A stretch of 64,000 bases of DNA from Eledone cirrhosa. Its lineage: Eukaryota. Location of the stretch: contig OZ024752.1 in assembly GCA_964016885.1 (NCBI GenBank), positions 46,500,001-46,564,000 of the forward strand, read 5' to 3'. The translations under genes and the position numbers were made by a program. Below, one piece after another: positions 13,949-32,317 of the stretch. Positions within the stretch are counted from its first letter, which is position 1; each line of letters opens with the position of its first letter. The notes under the pieces are model-generated. The model was not told the origin of the DNA, did no database searches, and saw only the letters and a program-made list of their open reading frames with translations.

Positions 13949-14190
13949 GGAAAATGTTCAAGACCCCGACGGCAGAGTTCAAGCCGTTGTGACGGCTATT
14001 TCTGGACTAAATTAGATTTCTAGCGTGGTAGTAAATAGCCGAACTTTTCAAGGGCAGAAATAGCCGTCGAAACGGCTTGAGTTCTACCGTCGGGGTCTTG
14101 AATATTTTCCTATTACCCACTCTTTCTACCCAAAGTATTGAGTACTTTGGTGCGTTATGGTCCACCTGGTTCCTTACCACACTTCCTTTG

Positions 14191-14191
<1 letters not shown>
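13949..14191 (+). mobile_element. Hairpin-plus-tail element in (TA)n (Penelope-like end, family B)
   Basis: Inverted arms ggaaaatgttcaagaccccgacgg / ccgtcggggtcttgaatattttcc; GAAA-cgg...ccG-TC half-hammerhead; conserved tail. Confidence 0.65.
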
Positions 14192-14223
<32 letters not shown>

Positions 14224-14226
<3 letters not shown>

Positions 14227-14487
14227 CATAGACGAGTTGAGAAAGAAACTGTGTATAAGAGGGATAAGTTGTGGTGTGCAGGAGAGAAGGCTGAGATGGT
14301 ATGGACATGTTATGCACATGGAGGATGACCGCTGGGTAAAGAAGTGCCAAGAAATCCCAGTAGAAGGAAGACACAGAAGAGGTAGACAAAAGACTGTGAC
14401 AAGTGGAGAGATGCTGTGTGGAATAGGACCCGTCCCACTCTTGCAAGCAGGGAAAAGTGGATGTAAAATGATGATGATTGATGATGA
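14224..14487 (+). mobile_element. RTE-type LINE 3' fragment
   Basis: [22 protein letters not shown]...GRHRRGR; (GAT)n tail; a shorter copy lies at about 57003-57146. Confidence 0.8.
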
Positions 14488-14865
14488 TCAATCAATGATA
14501 AACATTGATTGCCATCTAAATAGATTATTTATGGAAATATAAAAGATATATACTGAATCTGAAACAAAACAAAACAAACAGTGAATGTGTTTAACTAATT
14601 TTTGGCAATATTAGGACAACATGACCCTCACCCTCAAATATGACGATAAAATATTAAAATATAAACAGTTTTAAGTCTGTTAATTATTGCTTTATTTTAA
14701 ATATTGATTAAATCCAAACAATTTTCTACATTTTTTCTCTTTTGAAATATTTCTGATATTTCAGTCATGTTGGTTGGTTTGTTGAGTTTTAAACACATCT
14801 TTGTTTGTTTTTTTTTTAATCTTCCGTACACACACACACACGCACACGCACACGCACGCACACGC

Positions 14866-14922
<57 letters not shown>

Positions 14923-15136
14923 TACACATACACACTCATATACACACATATTCATACACACACATACTCTTGTATACACATATTCATACACACACATACT
15001 CTTGTATACACATACTCATATACACACATATTCATACACTCACATACTCTTGTATACACATACTCATACATACTCCTACAAACACATACTCACAGGCCTG
15101 CACACACATACTCACACACACACACACACACTCCTG

Positions 15137-15172
<36 letters not shown>

Positions 15173-15182
15173 CAGTCCTGAA

Positions 15183-18653
<3,471 letters not shown>

Positions 18654-18811
18654 TAACTCCTTTCCTTAACTCCATTCCTGTACCAACCACAGGATTCAAC
18701 ATCAAAGATGGATGAGTTGTGTTACGTAGAGTGCTTTTCCTACTACTACATCATGGTTAACTAAACAGAATGACCTGTTCTATCCAGTGGTGAACCACTA
18801 AACATAAATGA

Positions 18812-18875
<64 letters not shown>

Positions 18876-19180
18876 CCACCTCCACCATACTGTGTCGTAT
18901 ATTTCGACTTTCATCAACTCGGACCAAGGAAACAATGCTTCCATTGGTTTTTTTCCAATTGCTAGTACTATCTATCGGTCGCAACTCCAGGTAGAAGGAG
19001 CAAGGGGAAATAAAGTGTCTTGCTCAAGGACATAACGCATTACCCGGTCCAGGAATCAAACTCAAAACTTCACGTTTGCAAATCCAATTCTCTTACCACT
19101 CAGCCACACGCCTTCACAAATATATATTTATATTAACCATATATTTGTGGTTCTTTAATAACAATTCTCATTTGTTGTAG

Positions 19181-19244
19181 GTGATGGAAACTAAAAAAAT
19201 GCTGTATCTGGTAACAGAATATGCCCCAAAAGGAGAGATATTTG
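19181..19244 (+). CDS. SIK2: SIK kinase exon (VMETKKMLYLVTEYAPKGEIF)
   Basis: tag|GTG...TTTG|gtaagt; 64 nt; phase-consistent; Thr gatekeeper in LVTEYA. Confidence 0.95.
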
Positions 19245-19509
19245 GTAAGTTTACAGATTTCATCATTGATCCTTCTGATGGGGTTTATCAATACAATACA
19301 AATACCAGTGAAGTACTTAGGGTAGATTTAACCCTTCTCATACCAAACTGCCTGAAACTACCCCTTCTATGAAAAAATACCACCTATTTTAAAGGGTTCC
19401 TATTTTAATTAAAATCCTCCAACATAATTTTTTTTAAAGAACCATATGTTAAATTATTATCTTAGTAATGAAATAATTTATAATTTTAGTAAATCCCTCA
19501 AAATTCATG

Positions 19510-19892
19510 GAGTCATGCAAATCTGGCCCCAGCTTTCACAAAGGACCCTCATATGTGAATGTAGCTTGTCATGGGGTCATACAAACTGGCCCTAGTTTTA
19601 GCAAGCAAAGGACCCTCAGATGTGAATGTAGTTTCTCATGGGGTCAAACAAAGCTGGCCCCAACTGTTGCAGGCAAAATGACCCTCAGATGTGAATGTAG
19701 TTTCTCATGAAGTCAAACAAACCTGGCTCCAACTGTAGCAAGCAAAATGACCCTTTGATGTGAATGTAGTTTCTCATGAGGTCAAACAAAGCTGGCCCTA
19801 GTTTTAGCAAGCAAAGTACCCTCAGATGTGAATGTAGTTTGTCATAGGGTCATACAAAGCTGGCCCCAGCTGTAGCAAGCAAAATGACCCTA
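19510..19892 (+). repeat. ~68-bp degenerate tandem repeat, about 5.5 copies
   Basis: gaccctcagatgtgaatgtagtttctcatg... Confidence 0.85.
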
Positions 19893-20380
19893 AGATAATT
19901 ACAGTTGTTGCGATATAGTCAGTAATTACTGTTAAGTGTCCATGTTTTAAACTACAAAAATACTTCACCCATTTCTCATGTTCTTCTAATTAATTCTATT
20001 GACATTTATAATCAATGTTTAATAACTATATATAGCTCTGTAGGTGGGGAGGGAATCCCCCTAACCTCGTTCAACTTTCACCCCAATTTATTTACTAATT
20101 TGGGGTCCCAGATTTTAATGACACTTTAATTACTCTGGCATTTTTCTTTATAATTCACACCAAATTCTGTTACCTTGTTTAACTTGGGAGATTAAATTTT
20201 ATAATTCTATAGAAATTGATGTCATTGCAACCTCTTAAGTTAGCCTAATTTTGATGCTTAACATCTTGTAATGATTTAGAAAATATTTTAAAATGAGTTT
20301 AATTCAGATGTTTATAGTGTCTTTACTAGTGGACATATTGTGAAAATTTGCAGTAAACTAAACTCTCTCTCTCTACTTGA

Positions 20381-20767
<387 letters not shown>

Positions 20768-21454
20768 TAGACACACAGACAGAAAAATAAATACAGTCAC
20801 AGACAATCACACACACATGACGGGCTTCTGTAGTTTTTCTCTGCCAAATTTCAGTGACAAGACTTTGGTTGACCCGAAGCTGCAGTAGGAGACCTTTTCC
20901 TAAAGGTGCCATGTAATGGGACGAAATTCCAAACCTACATGTTTGTAAACATGATAACCACAGAGCCAAAGACTGAGCTTAAGCTGAGGAACTTAGCTAC
21001 TTAAAAGTTGGCAGCGCATCAACAGAATAAATGATTTGGGGATAGTATACTAATTACTCAACAGCTGTTAACTATCATCTAACAAGCTACATACATATTT
21101 ACAGTTTGGTAGTCTCCAAATATCTAAAAGATGGTAGAATTCCAAGAAGTAAAATTATTTTAATTCTTCAACTAATATTTCCACTGGAAGGAAGAGGAGA
21201 GGGAATGAGTTAATTGCAATATGTGTAATAAGGTGAAAGATGTCTAACCTGATGTATGTAGTGATCAATGTATGGTAACAGCATAGACCACTTGATTTTA
21301 TATTGATTTTATATTGATTTTATATTGGTTTGATATTGGTTTCCAATGTGGGAATTTAACTCAGACCATAAAGTGCCGTAACTCTTTGCTGCAAAGCATG
21401 GCGTCCGACCCTTTACCAATACTGCCAATCCACCGCCCTTAATAATAATAATAA

Positions 21455-21642
21455 TAATTGTTTCTACTTTTGGCACAAGGCCAGCAATTATCTCAGTGCA
21501 TTACTGGTACTTTATTTTATCGACCCCGTAAGGATGAAAGGCAAAGTTAACCTCGGCGGGATTTGAACTCAGACCATAAAGGGCCGTAACTCTTTGCTGC
21601 AAAGCATGGTGTCCGACCCTCTACCAATACTGCCAATCCACA
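21455..21642 (-). mobile_element. Same SINE, near full length (partial head copy at 21345-21438)
   Basis: Reverse complement of 1226-1415. Confidence 0.8.
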
Positions 21643-22963
21643 ATAATAATAAATAATAATTTCAAAGCTAAAAAGGAGGAAACTGGAAGAGGAAGCAAAA
21701 ATGCTGCCAAATTTCCTAAGGTGTAAATTTCTTCAATTATTCTACAAGAATTTCAAACGAAAAAACACCATGGGGTGGGTGGGTGTGTGTGTGTGGTGGG
21801 GTGTGAGTGCGGGTGTAAGAGAGATTCTGTGTGAGTGTATGTGGAGTTTCTTATTTTCAGTTTTATATATAAATATATATATATATATATTATTTTTTTG
21901 GGTTTAAATTCTTTAAACATTTGGGTGTTACCCACTATTGTGTGTGTGTGTGTGTTAGACTGTTTGAGTGGGCTTATGATTGTGTGTGGGGACGAGGGCG
22001 GGGGCTGTGTAACTGAGTGACGGGGGGGGGGGGGGGGGGTGAAGTGGTCTGCTGGAATATTTTGGCAACTGTGAATCCATCGTGTAATTCTAGGCAGGTT
22101 CTATAACAGGTTTGCTGGGAACAGTAAACATTGCATGCTTCACCATCATCATCATCAGTAGTAGTAGTGGTGGTAGTAGTAGTAGTGGTGGTAGTAATAG
22201 TATTTTTTTTATTTGTTGATTTCATTTTTTTTTTCTATTTGTATGTTACATGTGCTTCTGTGTGTATATATTGTGTGGGTGTATAACTATACACTTTGTA
22301 TGTATGTATGTGTGTGTGTGTGTGTGTGTGTGTATATAAGTATATACTTTGTGTGTATCTCTTTTTTTCTCCAAACTTGGCTCAAATAGGACAAACCCGT
22401 CCAACCCATGCTAGTATGGAAGATAGACGTTAAACAATGTTGATGAGGATGATGACATATATACGCGCACACATACACACACACACATACACACACACAC
22501 ATACACACACACATACACACACACACATACACACACACACATACACACACACATACACACACACATATACACACACACATACACACACACACACATATAC
22601 ACACACGCATGTGTGAACGTGGGTGTGAAAATATACCCTTTGTGTGTAAATGTGGGTGTGTAGTTATACGCAGTGTGTGTGTGTGTGTGTATATATGGAT
22701 GTGTAAATATACACTATTACTTCCACACACACACTCCTACCACCTCCCCTGTCCTTTAATCCAGTTAAGTTAAACCATTACCACTTGTAACATGCTTCCT
22801 ACATAGACACTTCAGTGTTAGAGGTGGTGGGGGTGGGGTGGTACTGTAGTTCGGGGGGGGGGGGGCTACTGTTGTGTCGGGGGGGTGATGGGGGGTGTTT
22901 GTGGGGCGGTACTGTAGTGCCAGGTGGTGGTCTTAATGTTGTTTAACTTGGCTTCCCTCAGCA

Positions 22964-23000
<37 letters not shown>

Positions 23001-23003
<3 letters not shown>

Positions 23004-23166
23004 CGAAGGAAATGTGGTAAGGAACCAGGTGGACCATAACGCACCAAAGTACTCAATACTTAGGGTAGTAGAGTGGGTAATAGGAACGAGTAGGACCCCG
23101 ACGGCTGAGCTCAAGCCGTATCGACGGCTAATTCTGAACTAAAAAGTCCAGAATTAGCCGTCGAAA
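23001..23166 (-). mobile_element. Family B element in (TA)n
   Basis: Reverse complement of tail and arm; ends just past the stem II hairpin. Confidence 0.65.
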
Positions 23167-23270
23167 TATATATGTATGTGTATATATATATATATGTATG
23201 TGTATATATATATATATATGTGTGTGTATATATATATGTGTGTGTGAGTGTATATATATATATGTGTGAG

Positions 23271-23306
<36 letters not shown>

Positions 23307-23655
23307 AGTATATATGTGTGTGTGTGTGAGTATATATATGTGTGTGTGTGTGTATATATATATATGTGTGTATATATATATATATGTGTGTGTATATATA
23401 TATATATATATGTGTGTGTGTATATATATATATGTATGTGTGTATATATATGTGTATATATATATGTGTGTATATATATGTGTATATATATATGTGTGTA
23501 TGTGTGTGTGTATATATATATATGTATGTGTGTATATATATGTGTATATATATATATGTGTGTGTGTATATATATGTGTATATATATGGTACTATGTTGT
23601 ATACGTAGGAAATGTGTTTATCAGTTTCTGCAAATATAAATTTATATTTAATACC

Positions 23656-23780
<125 letters not shown>

Positions 23781-23936
23781 CTACTACTACGAGAAAATTG
23801 TGTAATATATATTGCATCATCAATTATATCCTCCTTGTTCTCTCTCTCTCTCACCCCCCCCCTCTCATCCTCTCACACCCCCCCCCCTCTCTCTCTCTCT
23901 CACTCACCCCCCCCCCCTCGCATCCTCTCACCACCA

Positions 23937-23967
<31 letters not shown>

Positions 23968-23994
23968 CATGTATACTTAATATCTCTTCTTCAG

Positions 23995-24040
23995 GCTGAA
24001 AATTTACTTCTTGATGCCAATATGAACATAAAAATAGCAG
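23995..24040 (+). CDS. SIK2: SIK kinase exon (AENLLLDANMNIKIA)
   Basis: cag|GCT...GCAG|gtacgt; 46 nt; gives HRDLKAEN typical of SIK/MARK. Confidence 0.95.
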
Positions 24041-24712
24041 GTACGTATCTCCGATACTTTAGAAATTGTATCTTTGCACTCTAGTGTCAATAAATGGTGG
24101 TGTTGGGGCCACAATAAAATACACCCTGTACACTCTGTAAAGTGGTAGTGTTGGCACCATGATGAAATACACCCAGTTCACTCTGTAAAGTGATAGGTAT
24201 GATGTCACAATAAAATCACCCTGTACACTCATAATGTGGCACTTCTGGTGCCATGATGAAATACACCAAGTCCACCCTGTAAGGTGGTGTTGTTGGTGCC
24301 ACGATAGAAAGAACCCAATCCACACTGTAAGGCTGTAGTGCTGGTACCATGATAAAATGCACCCAGCCTGTAAATTGGTAGTGGTGGGGCCATGATAAAA
24401 AGCACTCTGTCCACCTTTTATGGTGGTTGGCATTATGAAGGGCATCTAGCCATAGAAACCATACCAGTAGCAGAGCGAGAGCATGATGGGGTCATTTGAT
24501 ATATCTAGCCTCATAAAGTGACAACCCATTGAAGCCATTCCAGCATGGAAAATAAACATAAAGGGTCTACCAAGCCATGGACTGCTGAACAAGGTGGTGA
24601 TGACAGCTCTTGTAATAAATGTTTCTACTTTTAGCACAAGGCCAGCAATATTTCCCCAGTACGCTACTGGTACTTTATTTTATTCACACCATAAAGATGA
24701 AAGTCAAAATGA

Positions 24713-24916
<204 letters not shown>

Positions 24917-25488
24917 TGACCCGTTTGATGACAAACAACCAGAAACTGCCTTGGGTTTATAATACAAAACTGCTCATTATAAAATGTTTATCCTTCTTCT
25001 TCACCCACATATTCCTGGAAGGGGTGTAAGAGCAGAGTCCTCAAACACTCCTTCAGCAGGTCCTGTCAGAAGCAACTGTCTCTAATTGATCCAGCTGGAT
25101 CCTCAAGCGAGACCAGCCAAGCTCATGGATGTTATCCAACCATCTTACTTGATATCTACTCCTGGGTCTCCTGTTGGTTGGTTTTGCCTGTAAAATCTGT
25201 CCAGTGATTCTTTCCTGAGACATTCTAACCACTTGCCCATAATATCAGAGTTGTGATCTTTCAATTCAGAGAAGTAGCAGCTCTACCTGGAGTGACTCTC
25301 TGATCTCCAAGTTACACACTCTATCAAGTAACATTTTCCAAAGACCTTTATCCATATAATAAAATTTACCATCATAGTTATATTTTAGAAATCATTAAGT
25401 AAAGTTCTAAATATAGGCTTACTAATAAAAAAAACTTGGTTATTTTATTAAATATTTACTTAAATGTATTAATTTCTTTTATTTGTAG

Positions 25489-26628
<1,140 letters not shown>

Positions 26629-26829
26629 TAGGACATTTTGTGTTGTAGAGACATTAGTTCAATAACCTATCTGATTAGCACTGGAATGTGTTTGATCAAT
26701 GGAACAGCCTGTTTATCAGAAACCATGCGAGAGCAAGATGTGGTCATTTGACATGTTTAGCCTCAGAAAATGACAACCCATTACTGGCATGAAAAATAAA
26801 CATAAACAGCCTGCCAAGTCACGAACTTC

Positions 26830-27065
26830 TTAACCCTTTAGCATTTAAACCGGCTGTATCTGGCCAGAATTCTCTCACTTCTTTCTGTAACTGGCCACTC
26901 AAACTGGCTGTAACTGGCCACTCATACCGATGTTAAGGTATTGTTCTCAAAGTAAATATCAAAATCTCATAGATTCAATATTATGTGAAATAATTATGTA
27001 AGATAAAGCCTTTACCACAAAAATACAAAAGTAAATATAGAGGAATGTAAATGCTTAAGGGTTAA
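26830..27065. mobile_element. piggyBac-like MITE (TTAA target duplication, TIR CCCTTTAGCATTT)
   Basis: ttaa-ccctttagcattt ... aaatgcttaaggg-ttaa; further copies at 8894-9066, 46540-46753, 52477-52672. Confidence 0.8.
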
Positions 27066-27342
27066 ACTTCATAAATTCTCGTGAGAATTTCAAATCTACT
27101 TCATCTAAGAATTGTGTGTTGAGTAGCAGCCTTGGCTTAGAAACTAAGTTTTGATGTTTGCCCACTTCTCAGGGTAATGTACATATATACTGTATATACT
27201 CAAATATAAGTTGACCCATCTATTTTATGCCTATGTACTATACAGACACTTTTTGATGAGTTGTAGTGCACCTGAGCACTGTACACAATATTTCATTATT
27301 ATCATTATTATTACTATTATTATTATTTTTATATATCATTTG

Positions 27343-27426
<84 letters not shown>

Positions 27427-27516
27427 ATCCTTAATTCTAAACATTTTTAGCCAGATTATAAACTCTCCATTTCTACTTTGACATACTTTTCAAGTATTTT
27501 AAGGCCATTATTACTG

Positions 27517-27708
27517 CTGGATTGGCAGTATCGGTAGAGGGTCGGATCCCATGCTTTGCAGCACAGAGTTACGGCCCTTTGCGGTCTGAGTTCAACTCCC
27601 GCCAAAATTAACTTTGCCCTTCATTCTTATGGGGGGGTCGATAAAATAAAGTACCAGTAATACACTGGGTTAATTGTTGGCCTTGTGCCAAAAGTAGAAA
27701 CAATTATT
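27517..27708 (+). mobile_element. Same SINE, near full length
   Basis: Aligns with 1226-1415. Confidence 0.8.
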
Positions 27709-27751
27709 GTTGATGATAATGAATGTTAATCACACGTTTCCTCTCTTCCAG

Positions 27752-27972
27752 AATGTGAACAGCTGATCCGTAAAATGTTGGTTTTGGATCCTGCCAAACG
27801 CTACACAATCCAGCAAGTGAGAAATCACCATTGGATCCAGGAAGAAGGTGGCCCACCCAAAAGTCTGCCCCCTAGTCCTGTTATTGGGGCTAAAGGTCAG
27901 GTTGGAGAGTTCAGTGAATATATTCTACGCCAGATGCACAGTAATGGTATTGATCAGCAACATACTATCGAA
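27752..27972 (+). CDS. SIK2: SIK exon: end of kinase domain and start of UBA domain
   Basis: cag|AA TGT...GAA|gtaagt; ECEQLIRKMLVLDPAKRYTIQQVRNHHW...GIDQQHTIE. Confidence 0.95.
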
Positions 27973-27990
27973 GTAAGTTGAACTTTGTTA

Positions 27991-28925
27991 ATTAACCCTT
28001 TCATTACCATATTTCTACTTAAAGACACTGTATATGTCATTAACCCTTTCATTACCATATTTCTAATGAAAGACACTGTCTATGTCATTAACCCTTTCAT
28101 TACCATATTTCTAATGAAAGACACTGTATATGTCATTAACCCTTTCATTACCATATTTCTAATGAAAGACACTGTCTATGTCATTAACCCTTTCATTACC
28201 ATATTTCTAATGAAAGACACTGTCTATGTCATTAACCCTTTCATTACCATATTTCTAATGAAAGACACTGTCTATGTCATTAACCCTTTCATTACCATAT
28301 TTCTAATGAAAGACACTGTATATGTCATTAACCCTTTCATTACCATATTTCTAATGAAAGACACTGTCTATGTCATTAACCCTTTCATTACCATATTTCT
28401 AATGAAAGACACTGTCTATGTCATTAACCCTTTCATTACCATATTTCTAATGAAAGACACTGTATATGTCATTAACCCTTTCGTTACCATATTTCTAATG
28501 AAAGACACTGTATATGTCATTAACCCTTTCGTTACCATATTTCTAATGAAAGACACTGTATATGTCATTAACCCTTTCGTTACCATATTTCTAATGAAAG
28601 ACACTGTATATGTCATTAACCCTTTCGTTACCATATTTCTAATGAAAGACACTGTATATGTCATTAACCCTTTCGTTACCATATTTCTAATGAAAGACAC
28701 TGTATATGTCATTAACCCTTTCGTTACCATATTTCTAATGAAAGACACTGTATATGTCATTAACCCTTTCATTACCATATTTCTAATGAAAGACACTGTA
28801 TATGTCATTAACCCTTTCATTACCATATTTCTAATGAAAGACACTGTATATGTCATTAACCCTTTCGTTACCATATTTCTAATGAAAGACAGTCATTAAT
28901 CCCTTCATTACCACATCTCTAATGT
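27991..28925 (+). repeat. 48-bp minisatellite, 19 copies, derived from a TTAA-CCCTTT MITE terminus
   Basis: Unit attaaccctttcrttaccatatttctaatgaaagacactgtmtatgtc; single-copy homologues near 38800, 40835 and 41030. Confidence 0.92.
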
Positions 28926-29059
28926 ATACATTTTTGGGGAGATATCCTATATAATATAATTATACCAACAAATAATTAATGATTATGGTTATTTATATAA
29001 TATATTATATTGACAAATAATAATGTCAGGGAAATTAACAATTATATATATATATATAT

Positions 29060-29190
29060 GGAGGCACATGGCTTAGTGGTTAGAGCATTGGCCTTGCAAT
29101 CGAAAGGTTGTGAGTTCAATTCTCAGACCGGGTGATGTGTTGTCTCTGAGCAAGACACTTTATTTCACATTGCTCCAGTTTACTCAGATG
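29060..29190 (+). mobile_element. Second tRNA-derived SINE family
   Basis: A box tggcttagtgg, B box gagttcaattc, gagcaagacactttatttcacattgctccagt; relatives near 5930, 6870, 18990 and 44550. Confidence 0.7.
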
Positions 29191-29534
29191 GAGTCCCTAT
29201 CATTCCACGGCAAAGTGGTCGTGGCGGTGCCACGGCAAAAAAGCACCCAACACTCACTGTAAATGAGGTTGGTGTTAGGAAGGGCAAGCAGGGAAAAGTG
29301 GACATAAAATGATGATGATGATGATGATGATATATATTATACTTGGGGAGGGTCATATTGTAATATTGCCAGAAATAATAACAGAACACCCTCACTGTTT
29401 GGTTGGTTTTCGCTTCTGCATTTGTTTTTGTTTCGACACACAATTTCATATGAAAAACCTTGCAAAACAAATATATATATATAATGTAATTATATTAAAT
29501 AATTAATGTCTATTAATTCCATTTCTATTTTCAG

Positions 29535-31841
29535 TCTCTAAAAAACAATGCCTACGATCCTTTCAGTGCCATCTATTATTTATTACTTGATCGACTGAAG
29601 CAACATCGTAGCAGTTTCCCTGTTTATAACCAACTGGATGCTCGGAAACGAAGACCAAGTCAAATTGCTGAACAAGCTATGAATCCCCGTCTTGCTTCCA
29701 CCCAAGCCCCTAATGCAACCCCTAGTCCAGCTTATCGTGCACAACAACTCAATGTAAAGCAAAGTTTGTTTACAAAAGCTACAGCCTGTGTCCCTCCAAT
29801 TGGGCCGTCAACGACTGTCCCACAACACACATCTGGTTATTCAGAAAGTTCTGATACTAGTCGTACATCAACTTCTACCACAAATCTTCCACTGCCTGTC
29901 ATCCCGTCTGTATTACCCCAAGCCACACCCATTGCCAAGCCAGCATGCCTCACTGATGTACTGTCTCAAACCTGCTTGAAACCTTCACACACAATGACCA
30001 GCCATTTAATTACCTCTTCCATTGATGAGGGTGTTGAAGCAGATATATCAGAAATAGATAGTTACTCTTCTGATAGTCGCACCAAAATACAGAAATTTTC
30101 TGATACATCTGACATATCACCCCAAGTAAGTTCTGATAGTAACCAATATTCACCTTTCACCAGCTTTGATTCCACATTAGAGGCAGATATAGGTTTAAGT
30201 CAAACATCTTACACTCATGCTGGCTATTCGACAGCCCCGTCGGGTCAACAGCCCGGTCAAGGGACGGTCATTTCCACTACAATCCCTGCACCTTTACAAA
30301 CCCCTCCTTTAGTCTCCACACAAGTAAGTGCTGATTATTCTCAAGACCGAAACGAAACTCATTCTCCCGTTGACTTCCGAGAAGGAAGACGGGCTTCCGA
30401 TGGACAAATGACTCAGGGTATGATTGCATTCCGTCAACAGCTGCGGGATACAACTAGAGCCCAGGGGATAGCAGAACTACGGCAAGAATTTCAAGAGCTG
30501 GCCAGTAACACTGGACCATCGAAAGGGACATCGGAATTAAACAAAGCTCGCTCCCATCGAAATTACCACGAGAGAATGAAGTGGAGACAATGGTCATTGG
30601 AGGAAGCTCCGGCCTGCAAACCTCGACAGTTGATAAAACGCATGAGTTTACCTGCTGAGACTACTGATATGCAACCTCACAGGCTATTAGCACTGAAACA
30701 AAGCATGCAGGTAGAACAACACCTTGACCAGGTCCAAGGTGAAGCTACTACCCAACTGTTGCTCCATCACCAAACTGTGTCTAACACTGCTACAGAATAT
30801 TACCCGGGTAGTAAGAAAATGTTGCAACATTTACGACTTCAACAAAAGAGGCAAAGTTTCCAAAAGCAATCTGTACTTCAGCACCAATTCCAGCAACTCA
30901 ATATTGATTCTGGTGGCTCTAACATGGCACCAGCTTCCACCCAGCAAGTAGCCCATTCTGTCTACCCAGCCATGTACTATATGGCTCCACAAGGTTTTTC
31001 CAATACAACAAATGTTTCATGTGCCACAACAAAACTGGCCACTGTAAGTCAGCCAGTCTCTACATTTCAACCCTGCACTCAACAGTCTTTTCAATCGAGG
31101 ACTGCCAACAACACATGCTACACTTTCTCCCACCAACCTACTTCATATTCACAGCAGGTAATGCCACAGAAAACTGTTTGTCCTTGTGAAAATTTACCCC
31201 CAATTTCTCCAATTCCATCACCACTCATTTATGAAACAAATCAAAATCTACAATTTATAGACACATCACATCCTTCGCAGTTTGCATCACCCTTATTGTA
31301 TGTTCCCAAAGAAACGGCAGATAATGTCAATCGAAGGTGTTATCCTTTATGTAATAATACATGTAATGCCCTTCATATGAATTGTGTACAGACACAATTA
31401 CAAGCAAGCTGTCGAGAGGCAGTCCCGCATTTTACTGGTTGTGACCACCAAATGACAAACATTTCCTACACATTGTCTTCTGTGGCAAACAATAGTAGTA
31501 GTAGTAGTAGTAGTAGTTGTAGTAGCACAGCAGCCTGTGATCTTGCAGTAAACAACAACAACTTTATACATTCAAAGCCAGAAGACAACATGGCGACGAG
31601 AATGTATTTGCCATACACAGGAATAACTACTGAGATCTCTGTAAAGTGTCTGTCAGGAAAAGACACCTTACCTACTTACACGAATGCTCAGAGTTGTGAC
31701 CTCAATTGCAAACACAGCTCTGTTATTCTAGAAGACAATGGACTGCATCGAGACTTTGGCCAAACCAGCAACTTCACTGCAAGTGAGAACCAGACAAACG
31801 AGACTGCATTAATCTCTGACGAGCAAATGGAATTTTCTTAA
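29535..31841 (+). CDS. SIK2: SIK terminal coding exon: UBA end plus long regulatory tail to TAA
   Basis: cag|TCT; SLKNNAYDPFSAIYYLLLDRLKQHRSSFP, RRPSQIAE, SIDEGVE, FREGRRASDG; in frame with ORF 29679..31841. Confidence 0.92.
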   Translation, partial: SLKNNAYDPFSAIYYLLLDRLKQHRSSFPVYNQLDARKRRPSQIAEQAMNPRLASTQAPNATPSPAYRAQQLNVKQSLFTKATACVPPIGPSTTVPQHTSGYSESSDTSRTSTSTTNLPLPVIPSVLPQATPIAKPACLTDVLSQTCLKPSHTMTSHLITSSIDEGVEADISEIDSYSSDSRTKIQKFSDTSDISPQVSSDSNQYSPFTSFDSTLEADIGLSQTSYTHAGYSTAPSGQQPGQGTVISTTIPAPLQTPPLVSTQVSADYSQDRNETHSPVDFREGRRASDGQMTQGMIAFRQQLRDTTRAQGIAELRQEFQELASNTGPSKGTSELNKARSHRNYHERMKWRQWSLEEAPACKPRQLIKRMSLPAETTDMQPHRLLALKQSMQVEQHLDQVQGEATTQLLLHHQTVSNTATEYYPGSKKMLQHLRLQQKRQSFQKQSVLQHQFQQLNIDSGGSNMAPASTQQVAHSVYPAMYYMAPQGFSNTTNVSCATTKLATVSQPVSTFQPCTQQSFQSRTANNTCYTFSHQPTSYSQQVMPQKTVCPCENLPPISPIPSPLIYETNQNLQFIDTSHPSQFASPLLYVPKETADNVNRRCYPLCNNTCNALHMNCVQTQLQASCREAVPHFTGCDHQMTNISYTLSSVANNSSSSSSSSCSSTAACDLAVNNNNFIHSKPEDNMATRMYLPYTGITTEISVKCLSGKDTLPTYTNAQSCDLNCKHSSVILEDNGLHRDFGQTSNFTASENQTNETALISDEQMEFS

Positions 31842-32051
31842 CCATCTTCATCGACATTTGTTTTGTTGTTTTCTGTTATGTTATGTTTTTGTTTACTGTT
31901 TTTTTTTTTTGTTTTTGTTTTTTTGTTTTTTTATTCATCCTAAAACATGGCTAAAGTTTTCTTCTAATATTTAAATAATTTTTAATATTTTTGTTTATTT
32001 TATTTCCATAATTCATTATTGTGTTGAACACAGTCACACATCTATTATATT

Positions 32052-32107
<56 letters not shown>

Positions 32108-32272
32108 TATGCACTCATACTTAATTGTAATACACACACACACACATTCTATTATATTGCTTATGCATATATACATATATATATATACATATATGCATGC
32201 AAATATATAAGATATGAGTGTATTTGTGTAGTCAATAAAATTATAAATTATAAATTATATATACATAATCAT

Positions 32273-32317
<45 letters not shown>

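Noticed and set aside
1-15180. SIK first coding exon (GxGNFAVVK)
   Set aside because: No such motif found; it presumably lies upstream of the window.
29060-29150. tRNA gene
   Set aside because: A and B boxes are present but the cloverleaf is poor and it continues into a repeated SINE body.
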